Of a DNA stretch of 64,000 bases, positions 24,801 through 37,300 are shown in pieces (within the stretch, counting starts at the first letter, position 1; each line of letters starts with the position of its first letter). This stretch comes from Klebsormidium nitens (taxonomy: Eukaryota; Plantae; Klebsormidiophyceae). Below the pieces are notes generated by a model, which was given only the letters and a program-made list of their open reading frames with translations, made no database searches and had not been told where the DNA came from. Location: contig DF237458.1 in assembly GCA_000708835.1 (NCBI GenBank), positions 1-64,000 of the forward strand, given 5' to 3'. The translations under genes were made by a program, and so were the position numbers.

Positions 24801-27549
24801 TGAAGTCTTCCATATCGCACTAGCTGCAGCGATGCAAAGTGGCCCGTCAAGCTGTTCACTTTGTCCAATCTTCTGGAATCTGTTAGGACAGGAGCGACTG
24901 TGCAGCTGCAGACATATTGAACGGATGCTAAATTCTGATCTGCCAGCGCCCTTCCGAGCTGTCTCCACCTTTGGATTGAAAGAGAGCACCTGCTTTCTTT
25001 TCGCAGCCAACATGATAAGAAGGTTCTAGCATTTGACCCAAGGTGTCCTTTTGTTTGCAGGCCTGGTGACAGCGGCCTTCTTTGACGCTCCTATGTACGT
25101 GACGAGTATCACTGCGGTACGCACCGCTGCAACTCGGTTGACGGTATTTCGTTGATTTCGTCGGGCATCACGTTCGCTGCGTTGAGTACAGCTCTCATCA
25201 TTGCAGCAGTCAGAGTGTGGTGATGCAGCAGAAACTAATGAACGAAGCACTTAAATTTCAGGCGCTCTAACAAGCGAAGATCCAGTGTCGATCCAAATCC
25301 CTCTAACGTATTCGAGTTTTGGTTGGAGGTTTTATCCTCTGATTTTTAATCCTTTGCGCCGTCATCCTGCTAACCTCTGGCTGTACAGCGTTGCCCTTCT
25401 CTCTTTCTTTTCACTGATCCCGTCTCCCGATCTCACCGCGGTCCCCCCGCTCCTTCCTCCTGCGGTCTTTACGTCGTTGCACGAAAGTGGACGATAACTT
25501 GGTTCATCCCGCGTGCGCAGCTCAAGAGCTACGTGCTGGTGGGCGACTTCCAGCGCAGCCTGCACTTTCTGGCGTGGGTGGACACGCCCGCCATGGCGCA
25601 GCTGCGCGAGCTCGCTAAGGACTACGCGCCCGCCGCCGTCGCCGCCACCGCCGCGCTCACCGACGGCAAGGCGGTCGCGCTGCTCGCCGCCGACTTCGAG
25701 AAGACCATCCGGGTACGGATCTGTTCAACATGTACGGATCGCATGTTGCGCGCGCACTTGGACGGCGATAAATGCTGCTGAACCCAACCCTGGTGTTCCA
25801 CGCGAATGTCCTTCACAAACTCCGTCGGGAAGTTTCTTCTATCTGGAGATTCTGTCGGCGAGCGCTCTTCGGTAATCTGCTCAGCGTTCTGAAGATTGAA
25901 GGGAAACATGCTTCGCTTAGAGGGTGCTAGCAGAACCGTCTCTGCTCCTACCAGAAGCGTGTCCTGCCAAGCACAAAGTCGGAATTGCCTTACCGTCTAA
26001 AAGAGGACTTGTTGGACCGAGCCTCGGTTGCCGGCCTGGCGCAGGTGTACGAGTACTCCCCGCCCAGCTTGCAGCTGGTGTGCAAGGCCGAGTTTTATAC
26101 CGGCGCCGGGATCGCCAAGTGCTTACGAGTCGAGATGACGCAAAACGCCAGGTGCCCGTTCGCCCCTCTCCTGTCCGTTCTAAGATCCTCCTGTGTTTGA
26201 ATCCTGTGCAAGCTGGGCTTAGCAGCACGTGCTGTTGAACGAGCGGTTCTTATCCGAAGAGCCCATCTTGTAAGTATGAGAGCCTCAAACTTTAAGGTAT
26301 CAGAATTTCAAAATGTTCTTCCACTCAAACAGCTCTACCACATACTTGTAAGCCGCAGGTTTTGTTTTGGGAGGCAAATCCCACTTCCTGTTAATTAAGT
26401 GCACGCTTAGCATCGAAGTTCGGCGTCACGCCGCGTCACGCGGCTGAGACTATGTAATCCCCGTTAGCCTTGACGAAAGCTTCCGGACGTATGCAGGGGT
26501 CCCAAACGCCTTCGAAGCGCGTGCTTGTTTGGTACCCTCGACGGCGCACTGGCAACTCTTGCCCCCTTGGACGAAATGACATTCAAGCGACTCCAGGTGA
26601 GTCTGCTGAGAACGAGTACAAGCCGCAATCTCCCACTGTTGTTAAGCCCAGGTCTGTAGCGCTCGGGTTGTGCAAAGGGTCGGCTTCTGAGGTCTAGCTA
26701 TATCGCCGTTAAGGCCTGTCGAGGACTGTCTTTCAATGTAAGATTTTCATCGTATGCTACGCCATGCTGCGCCAATCCAGTCAACATGAGATCACGTATG
26801 CTTGAGTACGTTTCCCAAATCTCCATCCCTTTCGTGAGCTTGGCGTTGAGTGCATTCGGCCGCCTCTGAAAAGCCAACCCTGCTTGCCAGGCTCTTTCTC
26901 GGCGGTTGAGCGAGACGCTTGACCACGTGGCTGGGCTTCATCCGCGCGCATTTCGCAAGGTCACCGACCGCTGCTCGACAAGGGTGCCACCGCCGGAGAC
27001 TGTGGCAGACCTGGACGCCTTGTTTGAGTACGTCCTCCAATCTCTGCCCTGAAAAGACTGTGTCGGTCAACTTTATTGCTCTTCTTGTATCTGATGCTGT
27101 ATAAACCGGTTGCGTCACATCGCTTGCTTGCGAAGTCGCACTGTTGTGCATCGCATTGTCGCAAAAGTAGTGGGAACGTCAAAAACAGGGTAGAGTAGTA
27201 GAGTGGCTCAAGAACCTTTGTGTCTTTGTCACCATGTGTGTTCATCATTTTGAACTCAGCGGTCAGCCGTTTCCGGGCTTCCTTTGGCATCAGAATCTTA
27301 GCACCTGCTTTAGATCAAGCCATCCGAGCGCAAGCAACTCGCCGCTTGATGCCAATGCCTCCCGACTCTTGGTTTGCCCATGTAAAACATGGCACATGGT
27401 CTAATCGAATCATTTATGTTTGCAAATGCAGGTTTGAGATGCTTTCTCAGGTAGAGCAAGCTACTCTTGCACGTCAAATTGGAACTACTCAAGAGAGGAT
27501 TCTGGCGGATATGAATGACTTGCGTCTTGGATTGACAGTCATCACATAG
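12807..27549 (+). CDS. CPSF160: Cleavage and polyadenylation specificity factor subunit 1 (CPSF160), ~1430 aa, 27 exons
   Basis: Exons: 12807-12830 (MSFSAFTT), 13679-13867 (LLPPTGVDHC), 14256-14371 (ANILEVYVIR), 14638-14793 (DAKLSVVDWD), 15310-15463 (SLHCFE..RGPLVRADPQGRC), 16065-16194, 16523-16764, 17177-17361, 17757-17928 (FLGSRLGDSMLLQY), 18436-18555, 18868-19011 (NIGPVRD), 19359-19556, 19967-20064, 20658-21618, 21950-22030, 22352-22417, 22662-22739, ~22960-23091, 23491-23586, 24014-24139, 24543-24660, 25061-25116, 25521-25712, 26045-26151, 26497-26596 (FGTLDGAL), 26891-27027, 27432-27549. Phases are consistent throughout and the motifs match recalled plant and animal CPSF1. Confidence 0.95.
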
Positions 27550-28917
27550 CGAGTGATGAAGGTCTCGTCCTAGCAATAGCCGCTGTTGAATCAAGTCAAT
27601 TGTGGTCGGTTGATCAGACATTCCACTGGTTGTGATCGAAGACGTGACAATCTCACATTTGCCAGTGGCAGAGTGTCGCACTATAATCATATCATGAACT
27701 TCGAAGGAATTCGAGTTTCGAAAAACAAAGCTTGCCGGTGATTTGTTGGTAGGGTTGCGGGCCAGCAATGATTGACCGGCGACATCATTGCGCTCGTCGT
27801 ATCACTGTCAAATTCCATCTGCCGAGTATCCAGTTACCCAGTATATTCAAGGTGACGCCATCACTAGCTGCGGGCGGCCCGGTGCATGCTGCATGCATAC
27901 ATGTCTGTGACGGTTTAATTAACCAAAAGCATACTTTAAATAATGTGACGTAATCATGTCGCGATTATGTCAGGAGCTGCCCGGCTAGCCACTGCGCCGC
28001 GGCGCCGCGAGCAGGCCCTTGATCATGCATTTGCATCATATAGTATATGGCATGGGCCGCATGGTTCTGATCGGATTGCCGCCGCGCCCGCCGGCTGATT
28101 AATCAACGTACTGCATATGCAAGCATGGATCCTCGATTCGATCATATATGTGGCACATAATCGGTTCAAGTGAAATCTACTAAAGCAGTTCTTAAAAATA
28201 GGACTACCCGGGCCATCACACATATGGCATGCATGCTTTGTTTCTCCAACAATCATTGAATTAGATTGAGAAAATCATATGATGTTGTCATGATTATAAG
28301 CTGGATACATACATACGTACATATACCGACATACTTCTTTATCATATCGTGCGACATATATATATATAGCAGGCAATTCCGTTTGTGAACATGAATAGAA
28401 GGAAAGGATACTTTTGACTTTGTCGAGCCCTTAATATCCTTGATACTTGCACTCAAATCGACGTTACAATGACCGGACTACAATGACGTATACTCATCGA
28501 TATAAGCTAGCCAGAAAGACGTACCTTATAGTAGTAGACAGTTCTCAATGACTATTTTGAACACGCTCACACGGTGGCGTATTGGCGAGAGATGATCCGC
28601 GACATGTGCAGCTCTTTGTCAAACCTAGCAAGCTCCTTCAAGCTCCATTGTACAATGTTCCTTTCTTCCTGTCTTCCCGTTGATTATACACGTTGACTGA
28701 AGAGTGTAGAGTGCCGACTTTTTGACTCATTTCACAGACACGCCTGTGTGATTGGACGACTTCCACTCAGGTATCACCTCCGTTTTGCCCGTTTCTGCGT
28801 GGCGGCCGGAGTAACATTACATATGGTCGACTTGAGGCAGAGCGGCTGACATGTTCACTTTGCCTCAGATAATAACAACCCGTTGCGTCCGTTGTCAGCT
28901 TCCTTTGTGCCCACCTG

Positions 28918-31900
28918 TCACGACACCGGGGTCGCAAAACCCCCAGCGCCGAAAACGCTGTCGTATGCCATGCTTATAACCAGGCAGCTGACTATGATTC
29001 GCGCAAAGCCCTTGCGAGCGGCCTCGTCGCCGCCCTTGTCCTTCTCGGCAAGCTCCGGCCCCAAAATGTTCAACAGGGCGCCCGCCGCACAAACCTGCAC
29101 CGCACATCAAGAAAGTTACCGTTAACCTAGCATATCCAACCGCTAACGATCGAAGCCTAAAGGCACCGTAATTGGGCAGTGGATTCAGCAAGAACGCATC
29201 GAGAATCGCCGTGAACAAAGCACCCACATCAACGATTCGGGCGCTTTCCATTGGCACAGCTTCAGTTAAGGTCTAGTGAAAGATTTGATACCATGGCTAC
29301 AAAAGATACTTCGTGGATGGTGATAATTTTGGTAGTAACGCACGGCAGATTGTTTCTGCGGACTTGAAAGCTCGCCTTCCAGAGTGCCCTACTTCTCAAA
29401 ACGGCGGATCTTTGCCCTCCGCGAGCTACAGTGCGAACAACAAAGCCAGACTCACCTACATAGAGTTGTTGCGAATCTTCTCAATCGAGAATTCATCGTA
29501 CAGCTGCTTAGGTATTTAGATACTCACCTTGACCCCACAGAAGAACGAAGAAGTAAGGAGATAGCGGCTCAACGGCACAATGTACATTCAAGGGAAAGGT
29601 TCTCGACTGCCCGGTACGTACCTGCGTCTGCAGCTCTTTGCCCTCCACCAGCAGGTCCGCGAGCGCGCGCACTGCGTCGCTGTCCCCCCGGATCTTCTGC
29701 CGGCTCGCCACCTCCCGGCTCACGTTCTGCAACGCCCCGGCTGCGGAGCCGGCAATTGCGGGCTGCGGGCTGCGCAGGAAATGCTCCATGTGAGCGGCTT
29801 TTAAAATACTCTGGTCTTGTTGTGAATGTACTTATCTAAGATTGGCCACTTAAGATTCTACTTCTTCTCCGCGTAAAATATTCCTCGAAACAAGGCGCAA
29901 TCCCTCTGTGTACTTTGCGATTACGTCGAGGTGGTCCTTACTTGATCTCACCACGTATAAGCTGAGGGTGCAGGAAAGAAAAACTCACATATCGGCCGTC
30001 TCAAAGTAAAGTAATCGATCTTGAGAATATTCTCTGACAAGTCTTTAGGTGCGAACGTTAGTCGAACCCGTGCATACACAAGTTGCAGACATTCTTATCA
30101 GTTTTCTTCGAACTCCAAACCTCAAAAAGAAACGCAGTGATCGAAAGAGAGAGAGAGCGAGAACTTGCTGTGCGGACCTTCGGAGGAGCTTGATAAGAGG
30201 CGGAATTCCGTCCTTCCGCCGGATGATGCGGATGGAGTCAACGTCGCTGCTCATATTGTGAAGGGCCCCAACGGCTCGCGTACGAACCTGTAAACAACAC
30301 GCAGTTCTCTTGCGTTGATTCGAAAGCAAGCAGTTTGGTCTGATTACATGAGAATATATTAGCGGACGCCCTGTCAGGTTCCTGCAAGCACCCCCCTGGT
30401 TCGGATTCTAGCAGTCATCCAGGTCTGATTGCGGACGCTTGAGTTTCCGTGTCAACGAAGGGTGTCGTAGAAGGTGAAGTAAAACAATTTCTGGGCCGCA
30501 ACTCTCCAGCTCGTACAGCAGCTCCCTGATCACGTCGTTTGTCTGGCGATGTCCAACAGCATGAGTCTTGTCCAACAAGGATCTTTCGCAAATTCATTAC
30601 CGAGCCGCTCTTTTCCCAGATGGAATGCATGAGTCCTTCCCATTGAAATCGTGGCGTCTCGATGCCTCATGATTCCGCACGCCCTTGCGTCCCAGACCCT
30701 TGACACTCACCTTGAGGCTGTCCGACGCCAGGAGGGAGATGAGCGGGGGGATGGCGTCCGCTTCCCGCACCACCGTGCGCCCCTTGGCCTGGAAGCACAC
30801 GCTCTGCAGCGCGCCGGCCGCGTTCGCCTGGAGGTCCTTGTCGGCAGCGCCCAAAAAGTTGACCTGCAGATTGAGTAAATAAATGTAGAACTCGGCAATA
30901 TGTCTATGAATATTTTCTCAAAGGAGCTCTGGCCGCTCTTGATCCTGGTGGAACGCCAGGCGCGGGCGGCAGCAGCAGAGCGAAAGCCTCTCCCGGAGAA
31001 TGTTGAAGGATACGTTTCTGGCCACCATGCCTAGGTAGTTCCCTACTGGACCCCTGAAGGAAAACTTGAAGCCCAGTTGAAAATCTTGTGCGTATGGCTA
31101 TTTCGATAGCCTTGGCGAGAAAACACCTTGGCTCTTAGCAGCACTTAGCATGATGCCGCCTTTCCCTCCGAACCCGTGCGGATCGAGCCCGTTTCACTTG
31201 AGAGCTGAGTCCCTGCAGAAAAGATCAGGAGCCCAGCACCAGCAGCGACCCTAGAGACTGCCCTGGCAGACCATCGAACACTGACGTCAGCATGATGTAT
31301 GCACACTCACCAGTGGCGCAGTCCCCTGGTGCTGCAGCACGACTTCCACATTCTCCCTCTCGTAGCACGCGTTCAGGATGACGTTTGCGCCCTCAGCGGC
31401 AATGCGGTTGTCCACTTTGCCAGGCGCCTGCAGTCGTGTTTGTCACGAGGATGTTCGCTGAATGCATACTCCCTTGTAGAACGATTTTACAGGGAAACAA
31501 CTATACAATCAAACTTAGCACGGCACGGCCTTGCTGAGGGCTGAACGCAACCAACAAAGGCGATGCTTAGCTTTTGAGTTGGCTTCGAGCAGAGCTGGTG
31601 GGTGAGGGAATTTGCGGACACGCAGAGTACCTTATTCCAACTTCAGGGTGGCTATTGATCCCCGTGCTCTACACACTGCTGACTACAAGTGGTTACCAAG
31701 GGCAAGAGTCGTGAGGACAAGACTGAATCTGCTGAAAAGATCGCAACAAGAAAAGGTGCACCAACAAATCGAATCCTCGTTGACTTTTCCCGATTTGGGA
31801 CAGAGCCCCTTACATGACCATAGCGCCACATTACATATGCGCAACGTTTTCAGTGGCTCGAACATGCCAAAATGCTTCCAGATTTTCTACCTGCAGAAAG

Positions 31901-33268
31901 CGCATGACGGCCTGGATCGCCCCTCCGCGCTTCTCGTCCCCTCGCATGGCTAGCCGGTTCGGCTTCTTTCGGGAGAGGATCTTGAGCGCTTTTAATGCTG
32001 CGAGTGCCAGCCCCGGGTGCTGCTCGATGCCTGGGTCCTTGAGGAGCGACACCAGGCGGTCGAGCGAGTCCGCATTCTGACAGGAAAAAGTAGATTGGCG
32101 TGTACGCAAATAAAAGCTCTTTCACCACTGCAAGGACTAAAAGCCTGTGCTGCTCTCTGCCAGGCCCCCTGCATATATTCACACAAGTCTGTGGTTGTAA
32201 GACACTGAAGTTGTGGCATGGCAGTGGACTTGTGGCATCAACAGTAGTAAGCTGAGCACTTTATGGCTGCCATGGCTCTTTGTGGGTGCTGCTTGGTTCC
32301 AGCTTCCTTTGGAGCTTATCAACTTGAGGAGGTTGCGGAAGCATGGCGTACTGGCCCTGCAAATAATGAGCTTGAGCAGCTTTCGGCTGCCGACGAGCTC
32401 TTGCTATTCAAGCGCCGAGGTTTTGAAACAAAGGGTCACTTTTCAAGCTTAAGAATTCATGAAGGGAGCGTAATCGAGTGAAAGTTCATGTACAACTTGG
32501 GTGAACTATGTGATGCAGCATATGAGTGGAGACTATGTGCAGCATTGTCATGGGCATCTGAATCTAAGGCAGGCAAGTTCTTAACCTTCTACCTGCTCTG
32601 ACAAGTGCCGTTCCAAAATGTAAATGCAAAGTACTCTGAGCCCAGAGGATTTCCTGAGTCTCCTTTGCTGTAATGATTTTGTAATACTGCAAACCGTTTA
32701 GCCTGATGGATCGTATTGCCGGGCTAAGATAGCCTGGTTTCCTTCACAGGAGCTTTCACTTGCAAGGTATGTGACTTCTCTGCATGCTCAGCTTTTGAAC
32801 TCAGCTCAAGCACGAACTGGACAAAACCTCAAAAGTTTTATATCCTTTGCTGAACAAAGTCTGCTTATAGTCCACCACCACCAATACAACAAGAGTATCT
32901 GCGAAATGCTCATTTCCAAATGAAAATTTGGCACCAGTGAGGACGATATTGAGGTGCCACCATCTCCTTCATTCACCCATAACAGCAGTAAGGAATGCTG
33001 AACGTGGATTTGAGTGAACGAAAAATTCTTAGCCTTGGGCGCCTGTCCACCTGCGGCCACATTTTTAGTTGGGCAATACATTATACTCTGGATGCAAAAC
33101 TGTTTGCCAGATCAGAAGTCAGCTCACCTGGTTCCTAAAATTTGGGCTTCGGCCTGGGTCCTCGTTTGCGGCCACAAACGTCTCCAACAGCGCCAGTAAT
33201 CCTGCGGCATTGCTTGGCTGGAGTCGATTTACGCGGACCAAAAACGCGTCAACATCCGTCCACGACAT
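28918..33268 (-). CDS. Armadillo (ARM)-repeat protein, about 9 exons
   Basis: Exons 33268-33128 (MSWTDVDAFL...), [1-2 unresolved exons in 32200-33050], 32076-31891, 31427-31311, 30863-30711 (LQANAAGALQSVCFQ..ADAIPPLISLL), 30287-30178 (VRTRAVGALHNMS..KDGIPPLIKLLR), 29769-29622 (IAGSAAGALQNVS), 29094-28918 (VCAAGALLNI...PVS*). Repeated AAGALxN / GIPPLIxLL motifs are the ARM consensus. Confidence 0.85.
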
Positions 33269-34343
33269 GGCGCCTCTCTTGTACCCTGTTACTTCAGTAT
33301 CTTAAACATGGTAGTCTTGCTGTTAAATGCTTGTGAACCTGCAACTCTTTTCTGACTTCAAAGACTACAAGTCTGGTATTTGACAGCCGTGCGACTTTAT
33401 CGTAGACGCGAAGCACTCACAGCTTTGGGCCCGCGCTAGAGCAGTGCCCGTCCTGACCACAGTTTCCGCAGCTGTGGAAATGCAGCCAGCTGGAGCCAGG
33501 GAGCATCTGTTCTTCTTGGGAGGCTGGCTAAACGAATTGAGAAGAGCAGAATTCAGCTTGTCTTCTTTGGACCATCGGCAGTCTTTGAAAGCAGCATCCA
33601 GGGGGCCACGATCAAATTCAAGCTGCCTCCCCGCATCAGGGATCCCGCAATGCAGTCGTCACCACTTTGTGCGACAGGAAAAATGCTGTTGTCAATCAAA
33701 TGGTTTTCAGCGAGCTGCAAAGAGCCGGGAGAGACTGAGAAGTGTAAGGATGCCCATGCCCTGAATCTGCCCAAGCTTTATAGCTATGTAATACTGTATA
33801 ATATCAGTATCAAAGTCTCAGCTGCAAAGTGCGTGTGAACGCACGCCTGCGTTGCCGATAGACCACGTCCGTCGATCAGTCCTGGCAAACGTCTGTGAAC
33901 CGTCGAAAAGCCTCTTGAGTCTCGCCAGGCCTTTGGAGCTTAGTGCCGGTGGAGAGCTTCCAAGAATGAGAAGCTTGCACAAAAACTTTCCTAGTCTCAA
34001 GAGCCGGGCCTAGCAATGTAGCATTTGGAGCCTACTAGCAGGAGCTCGTTTCGAGCTCCTCACGCCGCAGTGCTTGCGAGAAGCCTGCTCATTGGCAGCT
34101 AGGTTCCAATTTGGCTGAATATGCAAGAACTGGCTCAAGAAGAGCTATGCTGGAATGATGGTCTGAGAAGAGGCGAGGGTAAAACCCAGCACATTGGAGG
34201 GCGGCAAGCCCTCAACAAGAGAGAGCGGATGTGCAGATCGTCTAGTCCTGTGTTCTAGTCAGTCTTCCCTCAGTTTAAGCAATCCTAGTCAGTCTGAGAA
34301 GGCCTAAGGTAAGCGGGGCTGAAAGGGCCTTTGGACAGCCAAT

Positions 34344-37300
34344 ATGGCCCTCGACGGCAGGCACCGTTGGGTGGCGCAGAAGGTGAGCTCTTCCTCTGTT
34401 GACACCAGCAACTTTCCTCCGCAATTGTCACATGACGAGTGAAGTCAGCTGCTCACATGATTGTTGAGAGCGCACGACCGCCACATTTTTGGGTCCTGAT
34501 CATCACTGCTACATCTCCTCGGTGCTAACCAGGCACTTGGAGGCACTTTTGTAGGAGCAAATGAACATGCTGGCACTGCGTGAGGTGCGCCTGAGCATTA
34601 CACCACTCAAGGGGCACAGCAGTTTCTCTGCTTGCGGGTGCCTGCCTTTCTTGCGTTGTCCTGATTATGTGGAAGAACATGTTGCTTGCAGCTAATGGAG
34701 TCATTCGAGCTCATTGATTCGAGCATCGCTCTAAGCTTCTTCAGGTGAGCTGCATGCCACCCCTGTGATGGTGATTCAAACTCAGAGCACTTGCAATCTC
34801 GTTGTAAGAGTGGGTCGGTTGAGGGGTTCCAACGCACTGTGCCTGATTATACATACTTGTGAATAGTGTTCAGGCAATTCAGATCAAGCTGGTAGACTGC
34901 AAAAGATCAAGTAAATCCATCTGGGAGCAACTACATCGCTCCAATCAGCAAAACATGGTGCTTCAGCCCTTTGAGATTATGATCACATATGCACGAGGCA
35001 TTACTAGCACCGGTGCTTCCAAACAGGTATTTGGCGAACGCTTGCATTCGACTACGATGAACGCAATAGGATACCAGAGTGAAAGCGAGCAAAGTGCCGT
35101 TCTGTGTAGAAGGTGGTTGAAACCCAGCAACAGCCTACAAAACCGCCACACCACCGTTCCAGGGCCCCATCGAGCTGCATCTATTTGCAGATAGCACCTT
35201 TGATATACAGCCCTCAGGGCCAGACAGTCAGCAGTAACCATCGGCTAATCCTGCTTTGCAGAATCAGCGTTGCAAAATACCAGCCTTTGTATGCAGCTCC
35301 ACTGAGTCCAATGCCGCCCAGATGAGCGCCTTCTTTGAGGGCACCGGCCCTCCCAAGATCATCTTCTACTACCAGGTCCCTGAGATGCTGAACGCGGAGG
35401 GGGACTTTGTGCGGCAGGGGGAGATCCCAAAGCTTAGCCTCAACACCTCAGATGTGAGTGGTCGCCCTACTGGGGCACGCCGGTCAGTAGCCTTGGGCAA
35501 TCAGATGGTGCTTCGCCAAGTGGCTGTCCTGCTTGCGACTGAAACAGTTGCAAAGTACGAGCTTGAGTACTCTGAGTGCCGACCGTTCTACATTTGCGCA
35601 TTGTACTTGTGCAAACTCAGGCAGGCCATACGTTGATGAAGTTCTGCAATCAAGTCGCACAGCTTCTGCAAATCCGAGATTGAGCATTATTGAGCTGGCG
35701 TACAAATCACGCAGGATGCTCAGGGCCGCTACTTGATTAGAAAAGTGCACACTTGTAATCCTGCAAAAGGAGAGGCCAGAATGAAGGTAGAGAAAAGGAC
35801 TGCATTGCGGACTCCTACCGTGGTTTCCTCCCAGAGAATTTTCTGACAGATCTATGTACAATTGTTTCAGGTTGACAGCCTTCGAGGCAAAGCTGTGTAC
35901 TTTATCCGCAACTGTCCCAAAGCTGTGGCTGAGAAGACAGTTGAGCAGGATTTACTGGTAAGCTGCCCAACATTTATATTGCCTAAAGACACTGCTCGAG
36001 GGCAAGGTGCGGGTGCTTGCTAATTACCCTCTGAAACCAATGTTTGTGTGACGCGCATAGGGTTTGCTTCTTGACTGCTTCTTGACTGGGTCCAATTGGA
36101 CCGGACCCAGTGGACATGCTTTCCTTGCCATCAGCTTCCAACGGGAGCCCCTGAACATCGAGTCTCAAGTGCCCCAAGGCAGAACTAAACCCGTCGCGCC
36201 TCTGGGGTATGCAGATGGGTGAAATCTGCCGGGGGGCGCTCGAGAGCTTCCGCCAGCTCATTGCTGACGTGTACCTGCCGACGTTCAAGGAGCAGGCGAC
36301 GTGGGGCAAGTGCACGGAGGAGAACGTGCAGGAGTTTCTACAGGGCGCGCTCAAGTATGGACAGACGCTGAGCGAGGCGGTCAACAGCCTGCAGGGGGGG
36401 GTTGAGCTGCGCAAGCCCGACAAGAGATACGTGGACGGCATTGAGCTCAAGCCACAGGCGTTCAACAAGGCGGCGGCGGATGCAGAGGTGGCCGAGCATT
36501 TCGAGCAGGTGCGCAGAGTTCCTATCTATCACTAAAAGACTCAGAAGAGAAAGTGCTGAAAGAAAAATGAGACTTGTTTCGAGGTGGCTTACGTATGGAC
36601 CTCCCTAGGAGCGGTCACGGTTTTGGCGAACCCTCAAAGAATGTTGATCTTGGGCCCTCTGGAGGAGGTCTAGATGAACCTTAAGGTTTCATTGGAAACG
36701 ACGCTGAAGTCATTTCTTCCTCAATCTTGAATAGCCAATGTCAGCTTTGCAAACTGTGCGGAAGCGCACGGCGTGACAGATGGGCTGTTCTCCGCTCGTT
36801 GGTAGTTGCCCAGCGCTTGCGGCTCCTTCCAACAGCATGGGAACGATCTGAGCCGATTGTTTATTGGACCTTCTAAACCGTCACACCCTCACACCCTCCC
36901 CATGCACAGGTGCTGGACGAGTGGTGCACGCAGACGGAGCGGTTGCTGGAGGAGGCGGACGACGGGCGCAAGGACGGCGACATGGCCGGACCGGACACAG
37001 AGCTCGAATACTGGCGGCGACGAATGGCCAAGTTCAATTCCATCACCGAGCAGCTCAAGAGCAAGGTGAGAGTGCAAGCTCCGTCATGGGCTTTGAAGCG
37101 CGGGCAGCAAGTGCGGCAAACAATACGGTTAACTCGTCGCTCCTTTACTTCTGGGGTAGTGTTTTGCTTTTCCCGCTGGAGAGGCCCGGTAGACTCCTGG
37201 CAGCGCACTTGGAGGATTTAGGAGCCTCTGGCTTGCCGAAACCTTTGGGCCGTGTCCCGATCGGCTCCAATCCGTTTGCAGGAGTGTAAGCTGGTGATGG

